The notes beneath the pieces were generated by a model. That model did not search any database and was not told where the DNA came from. It saw nothing but the letters and a program-made list of their open reading frames with translations. Shown piece by piece: positions 30,418-39,030 of a stretch of DNA of 64,000 nucleotides; the stretch's first letter is position 1, and each line of letters opens with the position of its first letter. The stretch spans positions 2,458 to 66,457 of the IMG/VR virus record IMGVR_UViG_3300025880_000014. One strand, given 5' to 3'. The position numbers were made by a program, and so were the translations under genes. This stretch comes from a virus.

Positions 30418-31221
30418 TTACTCTACGTCTTCAGCGTCTTCTGCTGAATCAGATTCTTTCATTTCATTAATTTTAGTAGTATATGATTCGATCATTGAAT
30501 TACAAGCTGCTTCATATGTTTCAGTTGAATAATCTTCTTTCATTTCTTTAAGAGCTCCAGCTGCTAATGCTGCAACTAACGCTGCGTTTTCAGCCATGTA
30601 AGATTCTACAGTGTGAGAGTCGTGTGCGTCTTCTTCCCATGCTTTAGCTTCGTTTTTACAAGATTCATAAGCTTCTTTTAACATCGATGCTACTGCTATT
30701 GCAGCTGCAGGATTTTCGTTTACTTCTTCAGTCTCTTCAGATTCTTCTACTTTGTAAGTTTCTCCTTCGAATTCGAATTCATCTTCACCAGCTTCTTTAG
30801 CTTTTCTAACTGCGTCTCCGAATGCATTACCTTCTTCAACCTCTTCAACTTCTTCGTCAGCCTCTTCAACTTCTTCTTCGTTTAAAGATTTTACTCTAAC
30901 TGTTGCAGTTTCTTCTGATTCTTCGATATACTCTGATAAACCAGCGTCATCCCATCCGTATTGAGAATCTGCTAATACTGTTTCAAGATCTTCTCTTTTT
31001 CCTGTTAGTTCAACTTCTGGAAATCCTGAAGGACCGTCTTGGTCGATAACTTCCATAGAAACATTGTTCTTTTTAAGTAATTTTGCAAGACCTTTTGATT
31101 TTGGATCAACTGCGTCCATTACTACTGAAGCTTCTTGTACTTCTTGGTTGGTTGCTGTTTCTTGGGCAGCGTTTGCTTGTTTTTCAGCAACATACTGTTC
31201 AAATGATTTTAATTTTGCCAT
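30418..31221 (-). CDS. Highly acidic prohead core / internal protein with a capsid-targeting-like leader
   Basis: Begins MAKLKSFEQYVAE; Glu-rich with many [LIV]-x-E sites; strong GAA/GCT/TTC codon bias; own terminator. Confidence 0.55.
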   Translation of the reverse strand: MAKLKSFEQYVAEKQANAAQETATNQEVQEASVVMDAVDPKSKGLAKLLKKNNVSMEVIDQDGPSGFPEVELTGKREDLETVLADSQYGWDDAGLSEYIEESEETATVRVKSLNEEEVEEADEEVEEVEEGNAFGDAVRKAKEAGEDEFEFEGETYKVEESEETEEVNENPAAAIAVASMLKEAYESCKNEAKAWEEDAHDSHTVESYMAENAALVAALAAGALKEMKEDYSTETYEAACNSMIESYTTKINEMKESDSAEDAEDVE

Positions 31222-31271
31222 AATATAATTTATTTTAATTGTTTTTTATTATTAATCTATATATCTATGAA

Positions 31272-32303
31272 TTAAATGATGATTTCTTTGCCATCAATAA
31301 CGTCTTGATAGTTAACTCGGCATTTAGATCTTTTAATTTGATCTTCATTCTCTTCTAGGTTAATTTTATAAATAGGTCTAATATACTCTTCATTTAAGTA
31401 TGTTTTAAACTCTCTTGGTAGTTCCTCTTTGTAAAAATCCTCGTATATTGCAACATAAACCCTAGCCATTTTATCTGCGGCCATTCCTGAGGCTGAATTG
31501 ATCTCAGCAACCCAGCATTCGCCGGATTTATCTACCATTAGATCAATTGACCAAAGTCCAAGTTTTAATTTTTCTCTAACTGTTTTACAAATATCAGTTA
31601 TTTTATCCATGAAATCTAACTTACTCATATCTTGATCTACATAAGTAAATTCGGTTTTTTCACCAGATTTTTTATCTTTAATTTCATTTTCAGTTGCTGA
31701 TACTCTTTCATGTACTAATATAACATTATCATTTACTAATAAAATTCTAAACTCTGTATCTAAGTCTTTAGCTTCTGAATAGTTTTGAAATTCACCTTTA
31801 CTTTTTTCTAAGTCTTCATAAGTATCAAAAATTTCAATACCCATTCCGGAGTGCCCGTCGTCTGGTTTTGCAATTACTGGAAATTCTAAATCTTTTGCAT
31901 CTTCTTTTTTGTATACGGCCTTTGGTATAAAATCTGAATCGCCAAACATTTTATAAAAGTCAGTTTTATTACCGCTAATCTTCATAGCTTCGGGTACATT
32001 GTACATATCATCTTCTGATATATTATACTTCTCTAGAAAATCTAAGCCTTCTTTTGAATTTCCGCCATAATAAATAAGAGGTAGTTTTGAATTAACTTCC
32101 AAGTCTTTTCCATAATCTCCTTTTGCGTAAAAAGCGTTATAAAGCTCTTTTAAACAAATCTCATTTACTTCGCCGTAAATACTATTGTTTGTGCCAGTAA
32201 GTCCTTTTACCTCTTTTCCTGCTAATATAAAATTAACTTTTTTTAGATAATCTTTATTAGACTTTTCAAATAGAAATTTCTCAAAGAGTTTAACTTTTTT
32301 CAT
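31272..32303 (-). CDS. ATP-grasp ligase (RimK-like) with a capsid-targeting-like leader
   Basis: FPVIAKPDDGHSGMGI, EFRILLV, IDLMVD...WVAEINSASG; leader MKKVKLFEKFLFE. Confidence 0.8.
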   Translation of the reverse strand: MKKVKLFEKFLFEKSNKDYLKKVNFILAGKEVKGLTGTNNSIYGEVNEICLKELYNAFYAKGDYGKDLEVNSKLPLIYYGGNSKEGLDFLEKYNISEDDMYNVPEAMKISGNKTDFYKMFGDSDFIPKAVYKKEDAKDLEFPVIAKPDDGHSGMGIEIFDTYEDLEKSKGEFQNYSEAKDLDTEFRILLVNDNVILVHERVSATENEIKDKKSGEKTEFTYVDQDMSKLDFMDKITDICKTVREKLKLGLWSIDLMVDKSGECWVAEINSASGMAADKMARVYVAIYEDFYKEELPREFKTYLNEEYIRPIYKINLEENEDQIKRSKCRVNYQDVIDGKEIII

Positions 32304-32317
32304 TATAATCTTTTTAT

Positions 32318-32665
32318 TTATAGCATATATATCTTAATTCTAAGATCGGTTGTTCCTTTTATGATTCTGTGTATATTTCCTTTAGGAATCTTAAGGTCGA
32401 TCCCTGTAATTAATGGAGTTGGCAATTCATTGTCATATTGAAATCTCCAGTCAGAATCTTCTAATACTTCAATGACCCTATCCTCAGGGTCGCTGTGCCA
32501 TTTATATAAGTGTTCTGGATAACTTGGATCGAATGTTCTTATAACATAACCATCATATTGCTCTTCAACGAAGGGCTTGGTTTGATCATTAATGTTAGCT
32601 ATCAATTCTTCCATTGACATGCTACCGCATTTACAAGATTTACATTTACAATCTTTGTTTACCAT
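32318..32665 (-). CDS. Cupin-like protein with a Cys-rich N-terminus (start corrected to MVNKDCKC)
   Basis: KWHSD..DR.IEVL....W.FQ.D..LP and IPKGNIHRIIKG pattern; the ATG overlaps the upstream stop. Confidence 0.5.
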   Translation of the reverse strand: MVNKDCKCKSCKCGSMSMEELIANINDQTKPFVEEQYDGYVIRTFDPSYPEHLYKWHSDPEDRVIEVLEDSDWRFQYDNELPTPLITGIDLKIPKGNIHRIIKGTTDLRIKIYML

Positions 32666-33198
32666 GGTTGATCTGATTTTAAACCTAATTGCTTTCCAAA
32701 AAGAGTTGGTCCATAACATGCCCAGAATCCAGCTTTCATTGGATCCATCTTTGTGGCTTTATCACAACCATGTCGAGCCCAAAAACTAGCTGCTTTTCCA
32801 GGATCATCATTTTTAACAGAAAGATTTGGATCTCCCCATTCAACCTTTTTAGCGATGATGTTTCCTTCTTTGTCTTTTCTACCTCCGTCTCGATATACAA
32901 TAAACTTTTTACCTCCACCTCTTTCAGGTGAATCTAATTTAACTTTGATTGTTTTTCCGCCACGTGGAGTATAGACTGCTGGTTTACCTACATCAAGATT
33001 TTTAGCCATCCAGCCTGAAGGTCCTTTTAGAACAATGTTGTTTTTGTCCCAGTATTCTTTAACCTCTTCGAATAATTTAGAATATGCATCGCTGCCTAAT
33101 CTAAAAAAAGAATTAGTTAAATCTAAATCTTCATTAAGATGTGCCTTTAATTCCGGTGAAACCTTTTCCCAAGCTTCGAATGTTTTTATAAATTTCAT
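32659..33198 (-). CDS. DUF6321-like phage protein with a leader (start corrected to MKFIKTFEAWE)
   Basis: KKVEWGDPNLSVKNDDP.KAASFWARHGC..AGFWAC; the ATG at 33198 follows the upstream stop at 33203. Confidence 0.5.
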   Translation of the reverse strand: MKFIKTFEAWEKVSPELKAHLNEDLDLTNSFFRLGSDAYSKLFEEVKEYWDKNNIVLKGPSGWMAKNLDVGKPAVYTPRGGKTIKVKLDSPERGGGKKFIVYRDGGRKDKEGNIIAKKVEWGDPNLSVKNDDPGKAASFWARHGCDKATKMDPMKAGFWACYGPTLFGKQLGLKSDQPW

Positions 33199-33202
33199 AT
33201 TT

Positions 33203-33508
33203 CTACTTTTCCATGTTATCAATTAAATCCTGTCGGTCTAATTGCTTATAAACTTCTTTACGAACTTTTTCCATTTTCTCAGCATATTTTGGATCGTCAT
33301 TACGATTAAATACAACTTGTTGAGTTAGTGAACCACTGATCTTCTTAACATCACCTTTACGAGTCTTTATTAACCATGCTGCTAAATCTTTAATACCTAA
33401 GTCTTTAAATCTACCCTCAGCTTCAGGTGCATCTGACTGATAAAAATCTGGAGCTCCTGGTGGTTTTTTCTCTGTAATAAACTGTTCGAATAATTTAATG
33501 CGGTTCAT
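33203..33508 (-). CDS. Small basic protein with leader MNRIKLFEQFITE
   Basis: ORF track; shared N-terminal motif. Confidence 0.6.
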   Translation of the reverse strand: MNRIKLFEQFITEKKPPGAPDFYQSDAPEAEGRFKDLGIKDLAAWLIKTRKGDVKKISGSLTQQVVFNRNDDPKYAEKMEKVRKEVYKQLDRQDLIDNMEK

Positions 33509-33509
33509 A

Positions 33510-33857
33510 TTAATTAGGGTATTTTACCATTGTATTTCTTGTTAGACTCTTATCGTTATTTTTTACAAATCCTAAATCTTTATAAAAACTAGTAAGTCTA
33601 CTAATTGAAGTGGCTCCAAAATCTTTAGATGGTGTTAGAAATATAGGCTTGCCTTCTTTGTTTGCAAAATCTATAATTAATTTCATTACTTTAGTTCCGA
33701 TGCCCTCTCCTCTTTTTTCTTTGGGTATTTCAATTCTAGATAATTCTAAATATCTTTCAGTATTATATAAATCTAATACAACTCCAAATTCATCTTCTAA
33801 ATGTTGGAGTGCCATTTCTTCATTTAAAAATTCCTCGAATAATTTAACCCTTTTCAC
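33510..33857 (-). CDS. GNAT acetyltransferase with a leader (GTG start, MKRVKLFEEFLNE)
   Basis: Motif A KEKRGEGIGTKVM and LTSFYKDLGF; the GTG at 33857 is 1 nt after the upstream TAA. Confidence 0.8.
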   Translation of the reverse strand: MKRVKLFEEFLNEEMALQHLEDEFGVVLDLYNTERYLELSRIEIPKEKRGEGIGTKVMKLIIDFANKEGKPIFLTPSKDFGATSISRLTSFYKDLGFVKNNDKSLTRNTMVKYPN

Positions 33858-33858
33858 G

Positions 33859-34323
33859 TTAATCTTCTTTTGATTTAAATGGTAACTTTTTATCGTGACC
33901 TCCGTCTCTAACTTCTTTAGCGACGTCTTTGTCAGCACCTCCCCAAGTTCCTTTTCCTTTTTCTAAGAATGCATTTATTCTAGCGTATCCCCATCCTTCT
34001 TGCGTCATACCTGGATGGTGTCCGCTGTTCCAAGCGTCCATTCCGCGTCTCATTATAATTCTCAATAATGGTACAGGTACTCCACTTTCCTTTGATTTAT
34101 TCTTGATTCCGGTTTCTACAGCCTTGCCTTTGAGTGGGCTTCTGTCTCCTTTAGCTTTTTCTGCTTCATTAACAGATTCTCCTAAAATTGGAGTATTATC
34201 ATAACCACATTCGTGACATATATAAGGTTCTTTTCCACCTTCATCTAATCTCCACGACCAATCGCAACCTTCACAAGATACTTTGTTGGCTGAAAACTCT
34301 TCAAATAGTTTAATATATTTCAT
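33859..34323 (-). CDS. Zn-ribbon + DUF5824-like protein with leader MKYIKLFEEF
   Basis: CEGC...CHEC; RRGMDAWNSGHHPGMTQEGWGYARINAFL. Confidence 0.5.
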   Translation of the reverse strand: MKYIKLFEEFSANKVSCEGCDWSWRLDEGGKEPYICHECGYDNTPILGESVNEAEKAKGDRSPLKGKAVETGIKNKSKESGVPVPLLRIIMRRGMDAWNSGHHPGMTQEGWGYARINAFLEKGKGTWGGADKDVAKEVRDGGHDKKLPFKSKED

Positions 34324-34346
34324 GATTGATTTTTCTTGATTTATAT

Positions 34347-34354
34347 TATATATC
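34347..34354 (-). promoter_or_regulatory. Putative late promoter GATATATA heading the leader-peptide cluster
   Basis: 24 nt upstream of the ATG; ATATATA recurs upstream of at least 16 other starts (see findings). Confidence 0.55.
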
Positions 34355-35282
34355 AGGATAAAACTAGATCATTTAAATATTCTTTACGATATTTGATTAA
34401 GGCAAGTTCTTTTGCTTTTACTTCTAATTCAATGTCAAGATCCATATTGTATGTTTCAATCTTTTCGTATATGTAGTCAGCATGTGCTCGTAAGATAACT
34501 GAATCATCCTCGTGCAGTTTTTTTGAAGATGAGTAGTGGCATAGCTGTCGAATACCTGCGGGCCAAGTTGATGCTGCTAATTTAAGAGCATCTTCTTCGG
34601 GCATTGGATCTTCGTAGCACCTGTGGTGGTGGTAATCGAACGTAATTGGAGTGCCAATTTTTTCGTAGATGTCATATAGATCTTGTACGGAATATTGTGC
34701 TGGTTTGTCGTCATTTTCTAGAACTAATCTAGCTTGAGCAGATGGACTTAGTCTTTTAAAATTCTCGACAAAACGTTGTTTTGCAGCTTCTTTGTCGCCA
34801 TAAGAACCCCCGACATGGATATTCATAGAATATGTGTGATTTTGTGGTAGTCCCATTGTATCTAATATAAGAGCAGACTGATCTAATTCTCGGATAGCAG
34901 CTGTAACAACCTTTGGAGTTGGGCTTGGTAAAACACAAAACTGACCTGGGTGAAAACCTACACGTTGGCCGTATTTTTGAACAAGCGTGCCAGCGCCTTT
35001 AAGTAAATTAGATATTGTTTGCCAATTAGGTAAATCAGATAATTCATACTCACTCATCCAAGGAAACATAGAGCTACTCATACGATAAACATTAATGCCT
35101 TGTTTGTGATTCCACTTTATAATCTCAATAAGATCTCGTACATTTGCTTCGGCCAATTCTCCGGCGTATTTGCTACCTTTAGCTGTGAATGTTCGTTTAA
35201 TCATTGATCGACCGATCTTGATGTCGTGATCTTTTTGTAGTGTTAAATTAATGCAACAGTATCCGTAGTTTGCTTTTCCCAT
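34353..35282 (-). CDS. uvsE: UV damage endonuclease (UvsE/UVDE)
   Basis: GYCCIN, YRMSS, HPGQF, LENDD, FDYHHH, HADYI and ELEVKAKE motifs. Confidence 0.93.
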   Translation of the reverse strand: MGKANYGYCCINLTLQKDHDIKIGRSMIKRTFTAKGSKYAGELAEANVRDLIEIIKWNHKQGINVYRMSSSMFPWMSEYELSDLPNWQTISNLLKGAGTLVQKYGQRVGFHPGQFCVLPSPTPKVVTAAIRELDQSALILDTMGLPQNHTYSMNIHVGGSYGDKEAAKQRFVENFKRLSPSAQARLVLENDDKPAQYSVQDLYDIYEKIGTPITFDYHHHRCYEDPMPEEDALKLAASTWPAGIRQLCHYSSSKKLHEDDSVILRAHADYIYEKIETYNMDLDIELEVKAKELALIKYRKEYLNDLVLS

Positions 35283-35291
35283 GTTTGTTAT

Positions 35292-35537
35292 TTATATGTT
35301 ATATAGTAATTCTTTGATTTTGTTTACAAATCTTTCAGCATCACATGCCTCGTCTAGCGTAAAAACGTCTAGATCTTGAAATAATAATCCAGTGCCTGTG
35401 TTTACAAATACGATGTCACCGACAACTTCAACGTCCACAACCTCGTGGATCGTCATATCCTCTAAGTATATTATTTTAGAGGTGGTTAGAATTCTATCCA
35501 TCCTTTGTCGAGTATTCATCATTTTGGTACTATTCAT
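35292..35537 (-). CDS. Small hypothetical protein (up to 81 aa)
   Basis: ORF track; downstream of a class 1 promoter; start may be M6 or M7. Confidence 0.55.
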   Translation of the reverse strand: MNSTKMMNTRQRMDRILTTSKIIYLEDMTIHEVVDVEVVGDIVFVNTGTGLLFQDLDVFTLDEACDAERFVNKIKELLYNI

Positions 35538-35545
35538 TTATATAG

Positions 35546-35577
35546 TAAATATAATCAATATAAATGATATAAAAAAA
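35546..35577 (-). promoter_or_regulatory. Putative early promoter, class 1 (copy 2)
   Basis: TTTTTTTATATCA-TTTATATTGA-TTATATTTA. Confidence 0.7.
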
Positions 35578-35632
35578 TATAAAGTGATTTATTTTCACAA
35601 AAAGTCCTATTTATAATGATTCTAAATAAGAC

Positions 35633-35653
35633 AAAAAAAGGGACCGAAGTCCC
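35633..35653 (-). terminator. Intrinsic terminator GGGAC-UUCG-GUCCC + U7
   Basis: C(UUCG)G tetraloop hairpin with poly-U. Confidence 0.9.
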
Positions 35654-35677
35654 TGATTGCTCGACTGGCAGTCAAGC

Positions 35678-36022
35678 TTATTTCCAAAATAATTGTATTC
35701 CTATAATGCAACATGCTAATAATAAACATATTGCTGTTTTTGTTGTAATTCCCTCGTCTAATAAATAATATGTTAGGGCGGTAAAGGTTATGATTCCACA
35801 GGTAAATCCAATAAACCTGCCAGGCCATATTTGACCATCATAATATTCTGCTATAAATCTAGTTGCAAGTATAAACATGTAACTAATTAAAGTACCTCCA
35901 ATTATCGAAATGGTTAATGGATTCTTTTTAAACCATGGCCATACGAATTGTCCGTTAGTTTGAATCCATATCATGGACTGTCCTAACGCGAATAGTAAAA
36001 CGCCTGCTAATAAGCCTCTCAA
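35678..36022 (-). CDS. Small four-TM membrane protein (DMT/EamA-like)
   Basis: Four hydrophobic segments in 114 aa; TTG start overlapping the RNase HII stop. Confidence 0.55.
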   Translation of the reverse strand: MRGLLAGVLLFALGQSMIWIQTNGQFVWPWFKKNPLTISIIGGTLISYMFILATRFIAEYYDGQIWPGRFIGFTCGIITFTALTYYLLDEGITTKTAICLLLACCIIGIQLFWK

Positions 36023-36657
36023 AACAATTCTCCGGTTGTGGTTAATAAATGCGAGATGAAACTATGCCTGTGATGTTCATTAGGTCCTGATTCTTTAATA
36101 GCATTTATATGTTGTTTGGTTCCATATCCTTTATTTGAATTCCAACCATACTGCATAAACTCTTCTTTTTCGCTTAATTCTTTCATAAGAGAATCTCGGC
36201 TTGTTTTAGCTAAAATTGAAGCAGCTGCTATCGAAGTATATTTGTTATCTCCACCTACGATTGTTTCAAATGGAATTCCATGATACCCGTGGAATTGATC
36301 GCCGTCTACTAAAATAAAATCAAACTTATGAGCATGTTCGTCAAGATTAGATAGACACTTATACATTCCTTGCATAGTTGCTCTAAGTATGTTTGTGTTT
36401 TCAATGTCTTCAACATTGACATGTTCAACGTGGAACGCGATCGCATTATTTAATACAATGTCAAGCGCAGTTTTCCTGTCTTTTTCATTTAGAAGCTTTG
36501 AGTCTTTAATTAATGGGTGAGTAAATCCGTGTGGCATTATACATGCTGCAACCGTGACAGGCCCTGCCAGCGCTCCGCGACCTGCTTCATCTATTCCAAC
36601 CTCTATGATATTTCTATCTTCGTTGAGAAATCCTTTAAGTAATATGTGTTTAGACAT
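36019..36657 (-). CDS. rnhB: Ribonuclease HII (start corrected to MSKHILLKG)
   Basis: GIDEAGRGALAGPV, DSKLL, VDG, SIAAASILAK, KGYGTKQH; a class 2 promoter lies inside the track's N-terminal extension. Confidence 0.93.
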   Translation of the reverse strand: MSKHILLKGFLNEDRNIIEVGIDEAGRGALAGPVTVAACIMPHGFTHPLIKDSKLLNEKDRKTALDIVLNNAIAFHVEHVNVEDIENTNILRATMQGMYKCLSNLDEHAHKFDFILVDGDQFHGYHGIPFETIVGGDNKYTSIAAASILAKTSRDSLMKELSEKEEFMQYGWNSNKGYGTKQHINAIKESGPNEHHRHSFISHLLTTTGELF

Positions 36658-36676
36658 TTCTATTTGGTATTTAAGT

Positions 36677-36705
36677 ATTATACCTAAATATTTCAAATAG
36701 TTTAC
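36677..36705 (-). promoter_or_regulatory. Putative class 2 promoter GTAAAC-N17-TATAAT
   Basis: 20 nt upstream of the corrected rnhB ATG. Confidence 0.6.
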
Positions 36706-37422
36706 TTATTCATTGTCTAATTTCCATCTGTCATATCTTTCAACAACATCAATTAAGATCTTAGCTCTTACAATATCTTTTTGTGTAAATTGGTGGTGAC
36801 CTATTCCTTTGATCCCTTTCATTAGTTCAGTAAACGGCTCAATACCTGCCGAGTTCTTTGAAATATCGTACTGACTCACATCACCTGTTACGATCACTTT
36901 AGAGGTCTTTCCCATTCTGGTAACAAATAACATAAGTTGTTTAAACGTGGCGTTCTGTGCCTCATCAAGTATCATGAGTGAGTCATCATAGGTATCACCT
37001 CTCATAAATGCCAAGGGTCTAAATTGAATAATTTCAGATTGGACTAATTGTTCGGTTAATACCGGTCCGACTATTTTTGTTAAATTAGATATGTATGATT
37101 GCATGTATGGATCTATCTTTTCTCCGATATCTCCAGGAAGAAACCCTAGTTTCTCACCAGCCTCTTGGATAGGCTTACATAAAATAATGTTTTTAATTTT
37201 GTTGTCTGCGAATAGTTTTAATGCAGCATAACATGCTGTAAATGTTTTTGAAGTTCCGGCAGGACCTGAGCAAAAGGTTATTTCATTTTCTAATATATTT
37301 TGTAAATACGCTTTTTGTGATTGCCTTAATTGCGCTTTTATGTCTGCTGGTTTAATAACGACTTTACGTCTATTGATTCTGTTGTTTCCGTTTCCGTTGT
37401 TGTTATCAGAATTCTTCTTCAT
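36706..37422 (-). CDS. phoH: PhoH-family ATPase
   Basis: GPAGTSKT (Walker A variant), LGFLPGD..EKIDPY, PLAFMRG, ILDEAQN, TGDVSQ. Confidence 0.93.
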   Translation of the reverse strand: MKKNSDNNNGNGNNRINRRKVVIKPADIKAQLRQSQKAYLQNILENEITFCSGPAGTSKTFTACYAALKLFADNKIKNIILCKPIQEAGEKLGFLPGDIGEKIDPYMQSYISNLTKIVGPVLTEQLVQSEIIQFRPLAFMRGDTYDDSLMILDEAQNATFKQLMLFVTRMGKTSKVIVTGDVSQYDISKNSAGIEPFTELMKGIKGIGHHQFTQKDIVRAKILIDVVERYDRWKLDNE

Positions 37423-37441
37423 ATATTATATGTATTTATGT

Positions 37442-37699
37442 TTAGTCCCCTGCCATTATAACAAGTTCTTTTAATTTCATCAATTTATCACACTTCTCAT
37501 ATTCCTCTAATCCTTCAAAATATTCTACTAAAATATCAATAAATTCACTTCTTTGCCCGATCCCATGTGGAATCTCGATTATGTCGTTTCCCTCTTTGAA
37601 AACAACAAACCTATTTACAGTTTTTGTAAAGTTTCGTGTAATTGTATAATATGAAGATCTCATCAAAGAGTCTCTGTCTTCTCCTAAAATATCTTTCAT
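37442..37699 (-). CDS. Small protein with a C-terminal UVR-like motif (YFEGLEEYEKC)
   Basis: Motif shared with 37992-38246 and 39210-39470. Confidence 0.55.
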   Translation of the reverse strand: MKDILGEDRDSLMRSSYYTITRNFTKTVNRFVVFKEGNDIIEIPHGIGQRSEFIDILVEYFEGLEEYEKCDKLMKLKELVIMAGD

Positions 37700-37809
37700 T
37701 TGATTGTTTCTATTTTTACCTTTTTCCGGTATACATTATATATTAAATAGTGTCACGGGATACTACCCATTACGTGAAAAAAAATATAATGATATTATAT
37801 TATCAAATG

Positions 37810-37998
37810 CTATTCTGGATTTTTGAATTTTTGCTCTACGTATTTTGCTTTTTGGATTTTAGCACGCTTTGCTATTGACGGTTTTGTATATTGTTTACCA
37901 TCGCGAAGAGCTTGAGTTTGCCCTGTATTTCTTACTTTATATTTATATGACTTTAAAGCCTTTTCTATGTTTCCTTTTTCTACCTTGATTATTAACAT
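37810..37998 (-). CDS. rpsU: Phage-encoded ribosomal protein bS21 (Bacteroidota type)
   Basis: MLIIKV..GNIEKALKSYK.K...TG....LR..KQYTKPS..KRAKIQKAKY follows the Flavobacteriia bS21 pattern. Confidence 0.92.
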   Translation of the reverse strand: MLIIKVEKGNIEKALKSYKYKVRNTGQTQALRDGKQYTKPSIAKRAKIQKAKYVEQKFKNPE

Positions 37999-38246
37999 TG
38001 TATCTTGTCGATAATTTTTTTAATATTAGAGCATTTCTCATATTCTTCTAATCCTATGAAAAAGTTTAAAATATTGTTAAGTGCATTTACTTTTTCTTCA
38101 GGATCTGTTTCGCTCTTAAGAGCTTTTTCTTCTCCATTAACAACTGCATTATAAATCATGTTCATCATTGTTTCCTTTGAATCTTCTTTAAGGATTTCAA
38201 TTCTATTTGAATCATTTTTTTCGGGAGTATCTCCTAAATCATGCAT
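37992..38246 (-). CDS. Small protein with a C-terminal UVR-like motif (FFIGLEEYEKC)
   Basis: Translationally coupled between dnaJ and rpsU. Confidence 0.55.
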   Translation of the reverse strand: MHDLGDTPEKNDSNRIEILKEDSKETMMNMIYNAVVNGEEKALKSETDPEEKVNALNNILNFFIGLEEYEKCSNIKKIIDKIQC

Positions 38247-39030
38247 TGCTTAATTTTTTAATTTGTTTAACGTGCTCTAACTGTTCTTCTGTTAGTTCAA
38301 TATTAGATGTTCTTAATTTAATCATTAAGTTACCATACTGATTTGTATTATATATCGGAAATCCCATGCCCATAATTCTCAAAACTTTACCGTCATTAGA
38401 ATTACTAGGTACTTTTACCTTAACACTATTAACTTTAGTGGTGACTTTAAATTCTCCACCTAGTAAAATATCATAAAATGGTAAAGTATAATCTATCCAA
38501 ATATCTCCATTGGTTACGATCATTTCAGAATCTGGCATAATATTCATTATCAATATAACATCTCCATTTGGAGCAGATGAATTGACCGGGTGCGGCATGC
38601 CTTTTCCTTTTAATTTAAGTTTAGCACCTTCGTGAATTCCTTTAGGTATATTGACTTTAAATGTAGATTGCCCGGTATCGATTCTCTTGGTAGTTCCGTG
38701 ATATACTTCCTCTAATGTTATACCAAGTCTAATCGTGATATCAGATCCTTTAGCGCTTTGATTAAACGCATTATCAAACATATTAGAAAAGTCTCCTCCG
38801 AATTGATTGTAGAAATTATCGAAGTTACCTGACCTGAAAGTATTTTTAAGATCATACTCCTTTTTCTTGGTAGAATCACTTAAAGTCTCATATGCCTGTG
38901 AGATATTTTTAAATCGCTCTTCAGATCCTCCAATATCAGGGTGGTGTACTTTAACAAGGTTTCTATATGCCTTCTTAATGTCTGACTGGTTTGCGTCAGA
39001 TTTTAAACCAAGAACCTCGTAGTAGTCCAT
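38239..39030 (-). CDS. dnaJ: DnaJ/CbpA-type co-chaperone (J domain + C-terminal domain, no Zn finger)
   Basis: DYYEVLGL...IKKAYR.L....HPD; KGSDI.I.L.ITLEEVYHG; IPKGIHEG.KL.LKGKG. Confidence 0.92.
   Translation of the reverse strand: MDYYEVLGLKSDANQSDIKKAYRNLVKVHHPDIGGSEERFKNISQAYETLSDSTKKKEYDLKNTFRSGNFDNFYNQFGGDFSNMFDNAFNQSAKGSDITIRLGITLEEVYHGTTKRIDTGQSTFKVNIPKGIHEGAKLKLKGKGMPHPVNSSAPNGDVILIMNIMPDSEMIVTNGDIWIDYTLPFYDILLGGEFKVTTKVNSVKVKVPSNSNDGKVLRIMGMGFPIYNTNQYGNLMIKLRTSNIELTEEQLEHVKQIKKLSNA

Noticed and set aside
32659-33938. Long overlaps between track ORFs (33859-33938, 33203-33222, 32659-32719) suggesting frameshifting or overprinting
   Set aside because: They disappear when downstream starts are used (GTG 33857, ATG 33198, ATG 32665); two of these also reveal the shared leader.
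37753-37777. TCACG...CGTGA inverted repeat downstream of rpsU as a regulatory RNA
   Set aside because: Short, bulged stem; could be chance or a weak terminator; no second copy found.
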